Shown piece after piece: positions 1 to 9,562 of a stretch of 53,934 nt of DNA. The stretch lies in contig CALMQK010000363.1 of assembly GCA_937872085.1 (NCBI GenBank), positions 1-53,934 on the forward strand. The letters are read 5' to 3'. This DNA is from an uncultured euryarchaeote (GTDB lineage Archaea > Thermoplasmatota > Thermoplasmata > UBA10834). Positions within the stretch are counted from its first letter, which is position 1, and each line of letters opens with the position of its first letter. The notes below the pieces were generated by a model. The model saw only the letters and a list, made by a program, of their open reading frames with translations. It ran no database searches and was not told the DNA's origin. A program made the translations under genes and the position numbers.

Positions 1-2
1 TA

Positions 3-1580
3 TCCGGGCTTGGAAAGGGCATCACAGCTTCATCCATCGGACGGGTCCTGAAGGCCAGGGGACTGAAAGTAACCGCCATGAAGATCGACCCCTACCTGAA
101 TTTCGATGCGGGAACATTGAACCCGTTCGAGCACGGAGAGGTGTTCGTGCTGGATGACGGCTGCGAAGCGGACCTGGACCTCGGAAACTACGAGAGGTTC
201 CTGGACACCAACCTCACGAGCGACCATGTCGTGACGACCGGGAAGGTCTACGGAAGCGTGATTGAGAAGGAGAGGCAGGGGAACTTCCTCGGCAAGACCG
301 TCCAGATCATACCTCACATAACGAACGAGATCAAGTCCATGATCTCGAACGTGGGGATCAAGACAGGCTCCGAAGTGACGATCGTCGAGCTCGGCGGCAC
401 CGTGGGGGACATCGAGTCCGCCCCGTTCCTGGAGGCCATGAGGCAGATGCACAGCGAGCTCGGCCATGAGAACGTCATTTTCGTACACACGACCCTCGTC
501 CCGATCCTGGGCACGCTCCAAGAGCAGAAGACGAAACCGACCCAGCACTCGGTGAGGGAGCTCAGGGCGATAGGGATACAGCCCGATGCGATCGTGGCGA
601 GATGCGAAAGGCCTCTCGACGAAGGTGCGAGGAAGAAGATCGCGTTGTTCTGCGACGTCCCTCTGGAAGCCGTGATCAGTGCTCCGGACGCGAAGTCCAT
701 CTACCAGGTCCCGGTCTTCCTGGAGGAGCAGGGACTCACCGACTATCTCCTTGCCAAGATGAACGTCAAGAGGGAACCAGATGGACTCGCCGAGTGGCGG
801 AAGTTCCTCGCGAAGGTCATGAACCCGAAGCACGAGGTGAATATCCTGCTTGTGGGCAAGTACATGGACCAGCGCGATTCATACATGAGCCATTACGAGG
901 CGCTGACTCACGCGGGGGCAGAGCTGGATACCCGGGTCAAGTTCCTCCGGATCGAGGCGGAGGACATCGAGAAGGGAGATCGAGGAGCGGTCCTGGAAGA
1001 AGCGGATGGAGTGCTGATCCCGGGGGGCTTCGGGTCGAGAGGCACCGAGGGCAAGATCCAGGCGATAAAGTATGCGAGGGAGAACAAGGTCCCATTCCTC
1101 GGCGTATGCCTGGGATTCCAGCTGGCGACCGTAGAGTTCTCCAGGAACGTGCTCGGGATGCACGATGCGAACAGCACCGAGTTCGATTCTCACACGTCAC
1201 ACCCGGTCGTCGACATCCTGCCCGAGCAGAAGCAGGTGACGAAGAAGGGCGCGACAATGAGACTGGGCGCCCAGCAGGTCATGGTCGAGGCGGGCTCACG
1301 CGCGGCAAAGCTGTACGGTGCCACTGAGATCAGTGAGAGGCACAGGCACAGGTACGAGATCAACCCGCACTACATCGACCGGATACAGGAGAAAGGGCTC
1401 AAGTTCACAGGGAAGTCCCCAGATGGCAAGAGGATGGAGATAGCCGAGCTCGAAGGGCATCCGTTCTTCGTCGGCTCCCAGTTCCACCCTGAGTTCAAGT
1501 CCAGGCCTCAGAGGCCAGGACCGTTGCATCATGGGCTCGTGAAGGCGGCGCTGGAATACTCGCACAAAAGGAAGAAGTGA
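3..1580 (+). CDS. pyrG: CTP synthase, 5' end cut by the window edge
   Basis: Frame is open from base 3 ([20 protein letters not shown]...), upstream of the first Met at 78. C-terminal glutamine amidotransferase motifs GVCLGFQ and HRHRYE are present. Confidence 0.95.
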   Translation, partial: SGLGKGITASSIGRVLKARGLKVTAMKIDPYLNFDAGTLNPFEHGEVFVLDDGCEADLDLGNYERFLDTNLTSDHVVTTGKVYGSVIEKERQGNFLGKTVQIIPHITNEIKSMISNVGIKTGSEVTIVELGGTVGDIESAPFLEAMRQMHSELGHENVIFVHTTLVPILGTLQEQKTKPTQHSVRELRAIGIQPDAIVARCERPLDEGARKKIALFCDVPLEAVISAPDAKSIYQVPVFLEEQGLTDYLLAKMNVKREPDGLAEWRKFLAKVMNPKHEVNILLVGKYMDQRDSYMSHYEALTHAGAELDTRVKFLRIEAEDIEKGDRGAVLEEADGVLIPGGFGSRGTEGKIQAIKYARENKVPFLGVCLGFQLATVEFSRNVLGMHDANSTEFDSHTSHPVVDILPEQKQVTKKGATMRLGAQQVMVEAGSRAAKLYGATEISERHRHRYEINPHYIDRIQEKGLKFTGKSPDGKRMEIAELEGHPFFVGSQFHPEFKSRPQRPGPLHHGLVKAALEYSHKRKK

Positions 1581-1581
1581 G

Positions 1582-4500
1582 CTAGGCCGCGGGTGTCTCG
1601 CCGGACTTCGTTCCCTCGAGCGACCCCGTCGTGGGGGAAGGGGTCTTGCACTTGGGCAGCATGATCTTGAACACGGTCCCCTTGGAGGCGTCCCCCTTGA
1701 TCCGGTCCTCCACCCATATGCGTCCGCCGAACTTCTGCACGATCGCGCTCACGATGGACAGACCGAGTCCAAAGCCTTTGACACCCGTCACACCGGTGGC
1801 AAATCTCTCGAAGACGACGCCCTTCCTTTCATCCGGGATCCCCCTTCCGCGGTCCACGACCGAGATCAGCCACGAATCGCCTTGGGGAGATGCCTCGTCT
1901 TCGATGTTCACGTCCACCCTGACGCGAGTCGAGGTATCGAACTTGACCGCGTTCGAGATCACGTTGAGGAAGACCTCGTTCAGGTACTCATTGGCCATGA
2001 TGTAGTGTGTGCCTGGCGCGAGCGTGGAAACGACTGTGACCTTGCGATCGACAACAGTCTTCGTGACGACATCGACCGCGTCCGCGACCGCCTTTTGAAG
2101 GTCCGAGGGGACGTAGCCCGAGTCCGACATGGTCCTCACCTTCGCGAGCTTCCTTATGTTGTCTATCAGGCGAGCGTTGTTCCTGACCTGGATAAGGGCG
2201 CGCTCAGCGTATTTCCTCTGATTATCGTCGAGGAGCTTGTCCTGCAGGAGCAACTCGATGTACCCCATGATCCCTTGGTTGAAGTTGTTGATGTCGTGCG
2301 TCATCAGGTCGTTCAGCAGCGCGATCTCGTTCGCCGCCACCACCTGCTCCTCGAACGCTTTGGAGTTCTCGAACGCTATGGAAGCGATCCCCGCGAGGAT
2401 CTCGATGACCTCCATCTGGCCAGCGGAGGGTATCTTCAGGTCATTGGGCTCGTCGACAAGGAGGAAGCCCGTCAGCCTGCCGCTCTTATCCTTCATCGCC
2501 GCCATGAGCTTGTCGCGCTCGTGCCAAGCGTCCGGTGCGGCACGGGGTCTATCCGCGAGTTCCGGATGAGCTAGGAACGAGAAGCTCTCCACGCCGTATG
2601 ACTGGTCCTCGTACTTCACGAGATATGTCGTGGAACCGACCTTGAATTCGTCATCCATATCCGCAAGCACACCCCGCGCGGGCCTCTTGTTGCCCTTCTC
2701 GACCCAGTTCGGGTACCCCGTCTTCGCTCTGAGTATGAAGGAGTCGCCTTCGAGGTCCAGAAGCCTTATCGAGGCCCTCTTGAATCCAAACGACTGGACG
2801 ATGGCATCTGTGATGCGTTGAAGGAGGATGTCGAGATCGTCCATGTACATCACTGAGGTCGTCAGGTCAAGCACCTTCGCCATCTGCTCGATCTTACTTC
2901 GGCTTTCACCCAGCAGTGATTCCCTCACCCCGTAGAGCTCTGCGTTCTCGACTGCGACGGATGCCTGGCTCGCGAAGAGCTGAGCGATCTCGAACTCGGT
3001 TTCGGTAAACCGGTTCTCTCCATCCCTGTAGAGCGTCAGCACCCCTGTCACGTGATCCTTCCCCATCAACGGGATTACGGCCAACGCTTCTTTCTCATCC
3101 GGTGTGTCCTTGACATGGGCAACCCGGGAATCCGATGTCGTGTCGTTCACCAGCTCCGCCTTTCCAGTCCTGGCGACGTATCCGGTGACCCCGACATCGG
3201 TCGTGAATGTCTCGGCCATGATCTCAGCCGCATAGGGTCCGCGAGCGAGCACTGGCCGCACAAGGGAACTCGCGTGATCGATCTTGTAGAACGTGAGCCC
3301 ATCATACCAGACGACATCGCGGAGCTTCTCGGCGACGGCCTCGTAGATGCTGCTCGAGTCTATTTGTCTCTGCATCGCGAGCGCGGTCTCCAACAATGCG
3401 AGTTGGGAGTGCACCCGCTGGTTCAGGGATGAAAGCAGGTTTGCATTCTCCAGCGCGATGGCCGCGTGGTCGGCAAGGGACGAGAGAACCAACGCATCGC
3501 TCTTCGTGAAGGGTTTTCCGCCGATTTTGTTGTAGACATTGATGACGCCGATCCCTCTGCCTTCGACGACAAGGGGAGCCGTGATCATAGACCTGATCTC
3601 GAAAATCTCCGCCCAGCTCTCCTGCCCATCGGGGTCGGCTAGATAGTCGTTGACCACCTCGGCCTTCAGGTATCGAAGCGACCTTCCCGCAATCCCCACC
3701 TTCGTGCTGAAGATCTGCCCTTGGACCTTGCTCTTGTCTATTCGATAGGGAGCGACATAGCGGAGAACCTCCGCGCCTGGTTCGATCAAGCCCACCATCG
3801 ATTTCTCCGCCTTCAGCAGGTTGGCCGCATCTCGTGCGACCTGATCCAGGACGACCATGGGCTCAAGACGATAGGATATCTGCTTGCTTATCCTGTCGAG
3901 AACGGAGAGCGCCGCCTCGCGCTCCTTGGATTCGGTATAGACCCTGGCGTTCGTGACCGCCGTGGCGAGCATGTCCGCGATCATCTCGATGACGCTAACA
4001 TCGTTCCTGGTGAACGCATCCTTCGTGTCGCTCTGGATGTCCAGCACGCCCAGTATCTCCCCTCTGAACATGACGGGTGCTGACAGTTCGGACTTCGTGC
4101 CTATCAGGTCCCTTCGAACGTATCTGGGATCGGATTCTACATCCGCGCTGACCAGTGTCTCACCGAAGTAGGCCGCATGCCCGACGATGCCCTCTTTGAG
4201 CTTTATTCTAAGGTCCTTGGGAACGGCGTCCATGTGCCATCCGTATCCCGCTTTGAAGTCGAGATCGCCTCGTTCCTTGTCCATCATGAATATGGACACG
4301 TGCTTGTAGCCGAACCCTTGCGCGATGGACTTGACCAACTCGGTCATCAACTGATCAATGTCGAGCAAGGAGGTGACCACCCTTCCGATCTTGTTGATGG
4401 TCGTGAGCTGGCTGACCCTCCGGGCGAGCTCCACCGTTCGAGCCTCCATCTTCGATTCGAGCTCGCTGGTGTACTTCTCGTACTCGACCTTCTCGGTCTT

Positions 4501-5253
4501 CTGTCGCGTTATGTCGTGCAAGATGCCGACCGAGCCCAGCAGCCTGCCTTTCTCGTTCTTGACCGGCAACGCCTCGACTTGTGCATAATAGCGCGTGCCG
4601 TCCTTCCTGAGCCCGGTCATCTCCCCGTGCCATCCGAGCGTTTGGGCTGCCTTCAGTATCGTCGGCATTGTGCCGGACGAGTTGGTGGTGTCCGTCATGC
4701 TCAGCCCGGCGACTTGCTTCTCATCGTAGCCGGTCATCTGAACGTACGCCCTGTTGACATAGATGAGACGCCCTTCGAGGTCCGCAACGCACACTGCTTC
4801 CGACATCTGGTCGAACGAAGCTGTCATGACCCCGAGTCGGTCCTCAGCCTCCACTCTCCGCGTCACGTCGTGGGAGACGCACACGAAGAAGTCCTTCTTG
4901 GTCTCCTGATCGACCAGTGTCGTCACTTCCAGATCGACCGTTCGCCCGCTGGCCGTCTGGACCCGCCTCACGTACGGTCCTTTTTCGAAATCCCAGCCGA
5001 CATTGATCGGACAAGCGGGACATGCTCCCTCGACCTTCCCGCACCCAAGGGCTTCCGAACATTTCTTTCCTGTGATGTCTCCCCGAGTCGTTTTCATCTT
5101 CGAGTTCACGAATTCTATGGTCCCGTCCTTTCCAATTACCGCGACGCCGTCCGCGAGCGAGTCGAATGCAGCGAACCTGCTGGATCTGGACCTTCCGGCC
5201 TCGACCGGTTTCAAATCATTCAAGGGATTGTTCGAACTAGGCGGTGTCAACAT
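1582..5253 (-). CDS. Large cytoplasmic sensor histidine kinase (PAS-PAS-multiple GAF-HisKA-HATPase)
   Basis: 1223-aa ORF. H-box LMTHDINNFNQGIMGYIELL, N-box FLNVISNAVKF, G-boxes VVDRGRGI and GFGLGLS. Several GAF-like blocks and two N-terminal PAS-like blocks. No TM segment and no adjacent response regulator. Confidence 0.9.
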   Translation of the reverse strand: MLTPPSSNNPLNDLKPVEAGRSRSSRFAAFDSLADGVAVIGKDGTIEFVNSKMKTTRGDITGKKCSEALGCGKVEGACPACPINVGWDFEKGPYVRRVQTASGRTVDLEVTTLVDQETKKDFFVCVSHDVTRRVEAEDRLGVMTASFDQMSEAVCVADLEGRLIYVNRAYVQMTGYDEKQVAGLSMTDTTNSSGTMPTILKAAQTLGWHGEMTGLRKDGTRYYAQVEALPVKNEKGRLLGSVGILHDITRQKTEKVEYEKYTSELESKMEARTVELARRVSQLTTINKIGRVVTSLLDIDQLMTELVKSIAQGFGYKHVSIFMMDKERGDLDFKAGYGWHMDAVPKDLRIKLKEGIVGHAAYFGETLVSADVESDPRYVRRDLIGTKSELSAPVMFRGEILGVLDIQSDTKDAFTRNDVSVIEMIADMLATAVTNARVYTESKEREAALSVLDRISKQISYRLEPMVVLDQVARDAANLLKAEKSMVGLIEPGAEVLRYVAPYRIDKSKVQGQIFSTKVGIAGRSLRYLKAEVVNDYLADPDGQESWAEIFEIRSMITAPLVVEGRGIGVINVYNKIGGKPFTKSDALVLSSLADHAAIALENANLLSSLNQRVHSQLALLETALAMQRQIDSSSIYEAVAEKLRDVVWYDGLTFYKIDHASSLVRPVLARGPYAAEIMAETFTTDVGVTGYVARTGKAELVNDTTSDSRVAHVKDTPDEKEALAVIPLMGKDHVTGVLTLYRDGENRFTETEFEIAQLFASQASVAVENAELYGVRESLLGESRSKIEQMAKVLDLTTSVMYMDDLDILLQRITDAIVQSFGFKRASIRLLDLEGDSFILRAKTGYPNWVEKGNKRPARGVLADMDDEFKVGSTTYLVKYEDQSYGVESFSFLAHPELADRPRAAPDAWHERDKLMAAMKDKSGRLTGFLLVDEPNDLKIPSAGQMEVIEILAGIASIAFENSKAFEEQVVAANEIALLNDLMTHDINNFNQGIMGYIELLLQDKLLDDNQRKYAERALIQVRNNARLIDNIRKLAKVRTMSDSGYVPSDLQKAVADAVDVVTKTVVDRKVTVVSTLAPGTHYIMANEYLNEVFLNVISNAVKFDTSTRVRVDVNIEDEASPQGDSWLISVVDRGRGIPDERKGVVFERFATGVTGVKGFGLGLSIVSAIVQKFGGRIWVEDRIKGDASKGTVFKIMLPKCKTPSPTTGSLEGTKSGETPAA

Positions 5254-5424
5254 GCCTGGGAAATCCCCACTGGGCGTGAGATGGGTCTGCCTTGTCCATA
5301 AATGTTTCGAGAGGCATGTCGGAAGCCGGTCCTAGAATGGCCCAGAACCCATCGTGAGACACGGCGCTCGCACGGAGTCAGGCGCTCCAATACCTTTAAC
5401 TATGCCATGCACGATGAAACCACG

Positions 5425-6051
5425 ATGGCCACGAAGGCGAGCTTCGACTACGAGACTCTACTTGAGAGAGCGAAGAAGAAGCTTCCACAGACGCTCGAAT
5501 CGCACGACAGGTTCCAAGTCCCCGAGCCAGACGTGATGATCGAGGGAAAGACGACGGTCCTCAGGAATTTCGGGGACATCGTCGACACGCTGAGGCGGGA
5601 GCCCGATCACCTGCTAGGATACCTTCTCAGGGAGCTTGGGACCGCGGGCGCGCTCGAAGGAAGACGAGTGGTCTTCAAGGGCAAGGTCTCCACCGCGGCC
5701 GTAGCTGACAGGATAAAGGACTACGTCGACGAGTACGTCCTATGCTCCGAGTGCAACAGACCAGACACGAAGATAGCCAAGGAGGGTCGGATCCTCATCC
5801 TGGTCTGCGAGACTTGCGGCGCTCATCGCCCCGTCCATGTGAGGAAGCAGGTCAAGGCAGAGAAGGCCAGGGAGATAGAGGCTGGCCAGGTCTATGACCT
5901 GATGATCGAGGATGTCGGGAAGAAGGGCGACGGCATCGCCCGGAAGGGCGAGTTCATCATCTACATCCCTGGGACGGCAAAAGGTTCCCAGGTCAGAGTC
6001 ATGATCGAGAAAGTCTCTGGAACGGTCGCGTTCGGAAAGAGGGAGAGCTGA
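5425..6051 (+). CDS. eif2b: Translation initiation factor aIF2 beta subunit with C-terminal TRAM domain
   Basis: MATKASFDYETLLERAKKKLP N-terminus and zinc ribbon CSECNRPDT...CETCGA typical of aIF2-beta. An extra C-terminal TRAM-like block reads GQVYDLMIEDVGKKGDGIARKGEFIIYIPG. Alternative ATG at 5407; the ORF-track start 5302 is unlikely. Confidence 0.9.
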   Translation: MATKASFDYETLLERAKKKLPQTLESHDRFQVPEPDVMIEGKTTVLRNFGDIVDTLRREPDHLLGYLLRELGTAGALEGRRVVFKGKVSTAAVADRIKDYVDEYVLCSECNRPDTKIAKEGRILILVCETCGAHRPVHVRKQVKAEKAREIEAGQVYDLMIEDVGKKGDGIARKGEFIIYIPGTAKGSQVRVMIEKVSGTVAFGKRES

Positions 6052-6057
6052 GCAGAC

Positions 6058-6960
6058 CTAAGGCGCGACCAATCTCCCAGTGCACGATATCCGCGACGGT
6101 CCGCCGACCTCGACCCTTCTTATCGTTGACCCCTTCTTCTCCACGCGCACCGATATCTTCGACGGACGCCCGATCCAATGGCCTTGCTCCACAACTATGT
6201 CCTCGAACTCCTCGCGAGGAATGAAATCGTTCTCCACGAGGTACGCCCCCAACGCCCCCGCAGCCATTCCGGATGCGGGCTCCTCGAGAATCACATTCGA
6301 TGGAAGGAAACATCTCGCATGGATCGTCGAGCCCTGGTCGAGGACGCTCCACGAGTAGACCTCTATCCCGGCGACATCGAGCTCGCGCGAAAGGGCGCTG
6401 AGCTCGTCATGCCTTGGTTCCAGCTTCCCCATGATGTCGATCGACCTCACGGGGACCAGAAGGTATGGGACACCCGTGGAGGTCCTGCTGAGCGGGAACT
6501 CGTCGTGGAACAGCGCGTCCACGCCTACGCCGAGTGCGCTAGCGACCTCCTTCTCGTCCCCCTCTCGGGCGAACATCGGCCTCCTCTGAGTCATCCAGAC
6601 ACGCTCGAGAACCTCGGCTTTCTTCTCGACAGAGAACGGGAGGACGCCCACCTGCGATTCCATCCTGCGCTTTCCGCCCGGCGAAGAGCCAAACGCCCCC
6701 CTGTCAGCCAGACACCACAATGCGCCTATCGTGCCATGGCCCGAGAGCGGCTCCTCGGATGTGGGCGAGAAGAACCTAAGCCTCACATCGGCCTTCTTGG
6801 ATCTCAGGACGAACGATGTGACCGGTGAACCGACCTCGAATGCGATCCTCTGCATCTGCATCTCGTCCAAGTCATCGGCGTCGAACACCACCCCCGCTGG
6901 ATTGCCGGAATAGGCCTCCTGCGCGAACACGTCCACCTTGACGAAATCTAGTTCAGCCAC
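6058..6960 (-). CDS. PhzF-family isomerase-like protein
   Basis: N-terminus FVKVDVFAQEAYSGNPAGVVF and a ~300-aa two-domain length are typical of the PhzF/YddE family. Confidence 0.8.
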   Translation of the reverse strand: MAELDFVKVDVFAQEAYSGNPAGVVFDADDLDEMQMQRIAFEVGSPVTSFVLRSKKADVRLRFFSPTSEEPLSGHGTIGALWCLADRGAFGSSPGGKRRMESQVGVLPFSVEKKAEVLERVWMTQRRPMFAREGDEKEVASALGVGVDALFHDEFPLSRTSTGVPYLLVPVRSIDIMGKLEPRHDELSALSRELDVAGIEVYSWSVLDQGSTIHARCFLPSNVILEEPASGMAAGALGAYLVENDFIPREEFEDIVVEQGHWIGRPSKISVRVEKKGSTIRRVEVGGPSRISCTGRLVAP

Positions 6961-7050
6961 GGCGGTGACACCGGTCTCGGGCTATTTGGAGGTTTTCCGG
7001 GAATCACCGTTGCGCAAAGTATTTCTAAACCGGTTCGTCTAGCTGGGCCG

Positions 7051-7983
7051 ATGAAAGGGACGGTCAGGACCACCATCATCATGGCTTTGATTTTCTTGGT
7101 GGCCCAGCTTGGAGCCCTCGTGATGGTCTCTTCGATCCTGACCACGGAGGATCAGGCTTTCTCCAATCCGAATGACCCTCTGATCCCGATCTATTACATC
7201 GGCGCGATGATCCTGTTCACTCTGGCTGTGCTGTACATCATCAAGAAGAAGCGCGAGGACATCGTCAAGTTCATCTTCATCGGGGCTGTGGCGTTCACCA
7301 TATTCTATGTCCTGATCGCGATCGCGGCCAAGCTTACCTCGAACATCGTGGGTCTCATCCTCCCCCTCGCGATCACCGGCACGCTGACGTATTACTTGAT
7401 AAAGAAACCAGAATGGTACGTGGTCGATGCGTCCGGCGTTCTCATGGCAATAGGCGTGATCGGCATCTTTGGCATCTCGCTCAACATCCTGCCCGTGCTG
7501 ATCTTGCTCGTCGTGCTCGCGATATATGACGCTGTCTCGGTCTACGGCACGAAGCACATGGTGGCCTTGGCCGATGGGGTCACCGGCATGAGGCTGCCGA
7601 TCCTCCTAGTGATACCAAAGAAACGTGGATACTCTTACCTCACACAGGGATCGCTGGTCAAGGAGCTGGAGGAAGGGGAGGAACGAGAGGCGATGTTCAT
7701 GGGCCTCGGTGACATCATAATCCCCGGAGTGCTCGTGGCCTCCGCGTACAGCTTCCGGGCCGCATCAGGGGGTGGTCCATTCCACATAGAAGGCATCGAC
7801 GCCAATCTACTGGTGTCGCTCGGTACGCTCCTGGGAGCCATGCTGGGTTTCGCGGCCCTGATGACGTTCGTCATGAAGGGACGGCCCCAGGCCGGACTTC
7901 CTCTCCTCAACGGTGGCGCCATCCTCGGCTACCTACTATTCTACGCGCTCGTCTACGGCAACCTGAATTTCGGGATCTGGTGA
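7051..7983 (+). CDS. Presenilin/signal-peptide-peptidase-like intramembrane aspartyl protease (A22 family)
   Basis: Polytopic membrane protein with the catalytic YD motif (LAIYDAVSVYG), the GxGD motif (GLGDIIIPG) and a PAL-like GLPLL near the C-terminus. Confidence 0.85.
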   Translation: MKGTVRTTIIMALIFLVAQLGALVMVSSILTTEDQAFSNPNDPLIPIYYIGAMILFTLAVLYIIKKKREDIVKFIFIGAVAFTIFYVLIAIAAKLTSNIVGLILPLAITGTLTYYLIKKPEWYVVDASGVLMAIGVIGIFGISLNILPVLILLVVLAIYDAVSVYGTKHMVALADGVTGMRLPILLVIPKKRGYSYLTQGSLVKELEEGEEREAMFMGLGDIIIPGVLVASAYSFRAASGGGPFHIEGIDANLLVSLGTLLGAMLGFAALMTFVMKGRPQAGLPLLNGGAILGYLLFYALVYGNLNFGIW

Positions 7984-8047
7984 TTCCCTGAAGGAGCTGA
8001 ACCTGCTTGTCTGCTCCGATCTGCACGGCTCAAACCAGGCCCTCGGC

Positions 8048-8638
8048 ATGCTCGCGGAGGTCGCATCGTCCGGTTCCTATGACGCGATGGTCGTGTGCGG
8101 GGATTTCACCACCTTCGGCACGACCGAGTTCACCGAGACGTTCCTGAAGAGACTCAAGCTCCGGATCTTCGCGGTCCCAGGCAACTGTGATGTCCCGGAG
8201 ACCGTCTCCGTCCTCGAGGGGGCGAATGCGAGCATCCACAACGTGCGGGAGGAATTCATGGGCAAGCGGTTCTTCGGTTTCGGAGGTGCGTTGCCCGGGG
8301 GCGGGACCCCATTTGAGATCGAGGACGACATCCTTGAGAGGTCTCTCAGATCGGTGGCGGTCAAAGATGGCATCATGATCACTCACTGTCCTGCATACGG
8401 CATGAACGACCTCACCGGGAACGGGCGGCACCTGGGCTCTAAGGGGATACTTCGAGTTGCCAACGAATTCAAGCCCATCCTTGCGGTGTCCGGCCACGTG
8501 CACGAGTCACGGGGCAGGACAGTCTCGAAGGACACAGTGTTCGTGAACCCCGGAGCAGCCAAGAACGGTTCTTATGCCAGCGTGCGCTTGGGCGAGAGCG
8601 TGGATGTGGAGTTCCACGAGGTCCAGCTCCGACGCTAA
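8048..8638 (+). CDS. Metallophosphoesterase (calcineurin-like); the true start probably lies upstream of 8048
   Basis: Motifs GDFT, VPGNCD, GHVH. The expected first motif LLVCSDLHGS is in the same frame upstream (about 8003-8032), before the first ATG/GTG/TTG. Confidence 0.8.
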   Translation: MLAEVASSGSYDAMVVCGDFTTFGTTEFTETFLKRLKLRIFAVPGNCDVPETVSVLEGANASIHNVREEFMGKRFFGFGGALPGGGTPFEIEDDILERSLRSVAVKDGIMITHCPAYGMNDLTGNGRHLGSKGILRVANEFKPILAVSGHVHESRGRTVSKDTVFVNPGAAKNGSYASVRLGESVDVEFHEVQLRR

Positions 8639-8693
8639 CGACCCCATAATGTTTTAATAGACCTCCCACTTTCACTTGCCCGAGAGGTTACAG

Positions 8694-9101
8694 ATGGCCA
8701 TTTGGCAAGGCAGACCCAAGAGGAAGCCATCAGGCGGAAGGCTGAGGCTCGCCCGAAAGAAGAGAAGGTTCGAGGTCGGGAGAGAGAAGCAGTTCACACG
8801 CTTGGGTCCTCAGAAAGTCAAGCTCTACCGGGTTAAGGGAAAGGCCCAGAAGGCGCGCCTTCTGATGGCCAACACCGCCAACGTGGTGGACCCGAAGACG
8901 AGGAAGATCAAGAAGGTGAAGATCCTCACGGTCAAGACGAACCCATCGAACCCCAACTACGTCCAGAGGAACATCATGACCAAGGGCGCGACGATCATGA
9001 CGGAGCTCGGGGAAGCCGTGATAACCTCCAGGACCGGCCAGGACGGCGTAGTCAACGCCACCCTGATCCCATCTGCAGCGCCGCCCGCACCAGCCACCTA
9101 G
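8694..9101 (+). CDS. rps8e: 30S ribosomal protein S8e
   Basis: MAIWQGRPKRKPSGGRL... and NPSNPNYVQRNIMTKGA are characteristic of S8e. A TTG at 8676 is an alternative start. Confidence 0.93.
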   Translation: MAIWQGRPKRKPSGGRLRLARKKRRFEVGREKQFTRLGPQKVKLYRVKGKAQKARLLMANTANVVDPKTRKIKKVKILTVKTNPSNPNYVQRNIMTKGATIMTELGEAVITSRTGQDGVVNATLIPSAAPPAPAT

Positions 9102-9110
9102 GCGAGCTCT

Positions 9111-9134
9111 TTTCTGACAGCGGAACTCACCGAC
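9111..9134. repeat. Left copy of an imperfect direct repeat flanking the TnpB relic
   Basis: tttctgacag-cggaa-ctcaccgac here versus ttttgacag-aacc-ctcaccgac at 9541-9562. Confidence 0.45.
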
Positions 9135-9151
9135 GGTTCTGTAAAGAGTCG

Positions 9152-9180
9152 GGTGGTGGGCCTATCAGGGCGCCACCACC
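9152..9180. repeat. Imperfect hairpin at the 3' end of the TnpB relic (candidate IS605-type right-end hairpin)
   Basis: ggtggtgggcc / tatcag / ggcgccaccacc; the arms are complementary except for one bulge. Confidence 0.5.
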
Positions 9181-9524
9181 TCCATCTCCTCACTCATTCC
9201 GTTCGGCTCAGACCGTGCGGCCATCGCTGGCTCGTATAGGATCCTCATCGCGTCATGCCGGAATGCGCCGGGGTCGAACCGTAGACCCCCTACCACCTCC
9301 AATCTCTTGGAGACGGCTGTCTGCAGCAGGTCGATGCTGGCATTGACATTCCTGTCAAGGTTGAAGCCGCATTCGCATTCGAACAGAGTGCCCATTCGGG
9401 AATCAGGTCTCCCACATGTCAGGCACTTTCTGCTGCTGCACATTGGGTCATGATCTGACGCCAGATGCACTAGGATTCTCCGATTACATGTAGTATCAGG
9501 GAATCCGACTTCGGCCAATCCCAT
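9165..9524 (-). pseudogene. Relic of an IS200/IS605-type TnpB (OrfB) gene; only the C-terminal zinc-ribbon/RuvC-III part remains
   Basis: CSSRKCLTCGRPDSRMGTLFECECGFNLDRNVNASIDLL matches the TnpB C-terminal CxxC...CxCG...DRD.NAA.N block. The N-terminal two thirds of a TnpB are absent. Confidence 0.7.
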
Positions 9525-9540
9525 GAACTCACCACCCGAT

Positions 9541-9562
9541 TTTTGACAGAACCCTCACCGAC
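9541..9562. repeat. Right copy of the imperfect direct repeat flanking the TnpB relic
   Basis: Shares tgacag and ctcaccgac blocks at nearly the same spacing as 9111-9134. It is immediately preceded by caccacccg (9531-9539), the reverse complement of cgggtggtg at 9150-9158. Confidence 0.45.

Noticed and set aside
30-833. Long antisense or alternative-frame ORFs throughout the window. Examples: 30-833(-), 10257-11396(-), 29563-30531(-), 30670-31983(-), 31271-32350(-), 41512-42333(-), 46897-47694(-), 47737-48714(+), 52322-53029(-).
   Set aside because: Each overlaps a gene with clear family motifs on the other strand or frame. Their translations are Arg/Pro/Gly/Ser-rich low-information sequences, typical of shadow ORFs in GC-rich DNA.
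5302-5424. Upstream extension of the aIF2-beta ORF.
   Set aside because: The extension (MFREACRKPVLEWPRTHRETRRSHG...) has no similarity to aIF2-beta N-termini. MATKASFDYETLLERA matches the family start, and a TATA-like cctttaact lies just upstream, consistent with a leaderless transcript.
9165-9524. An active IS200/IS605 transposon or a functional TnpB nuclease.
   Set aside because: The ORF covers only the last third of a TnpB. There is no tnpA, and the ORF's N-terminal and C-terminal residues look like read-through of non-coding sequence.
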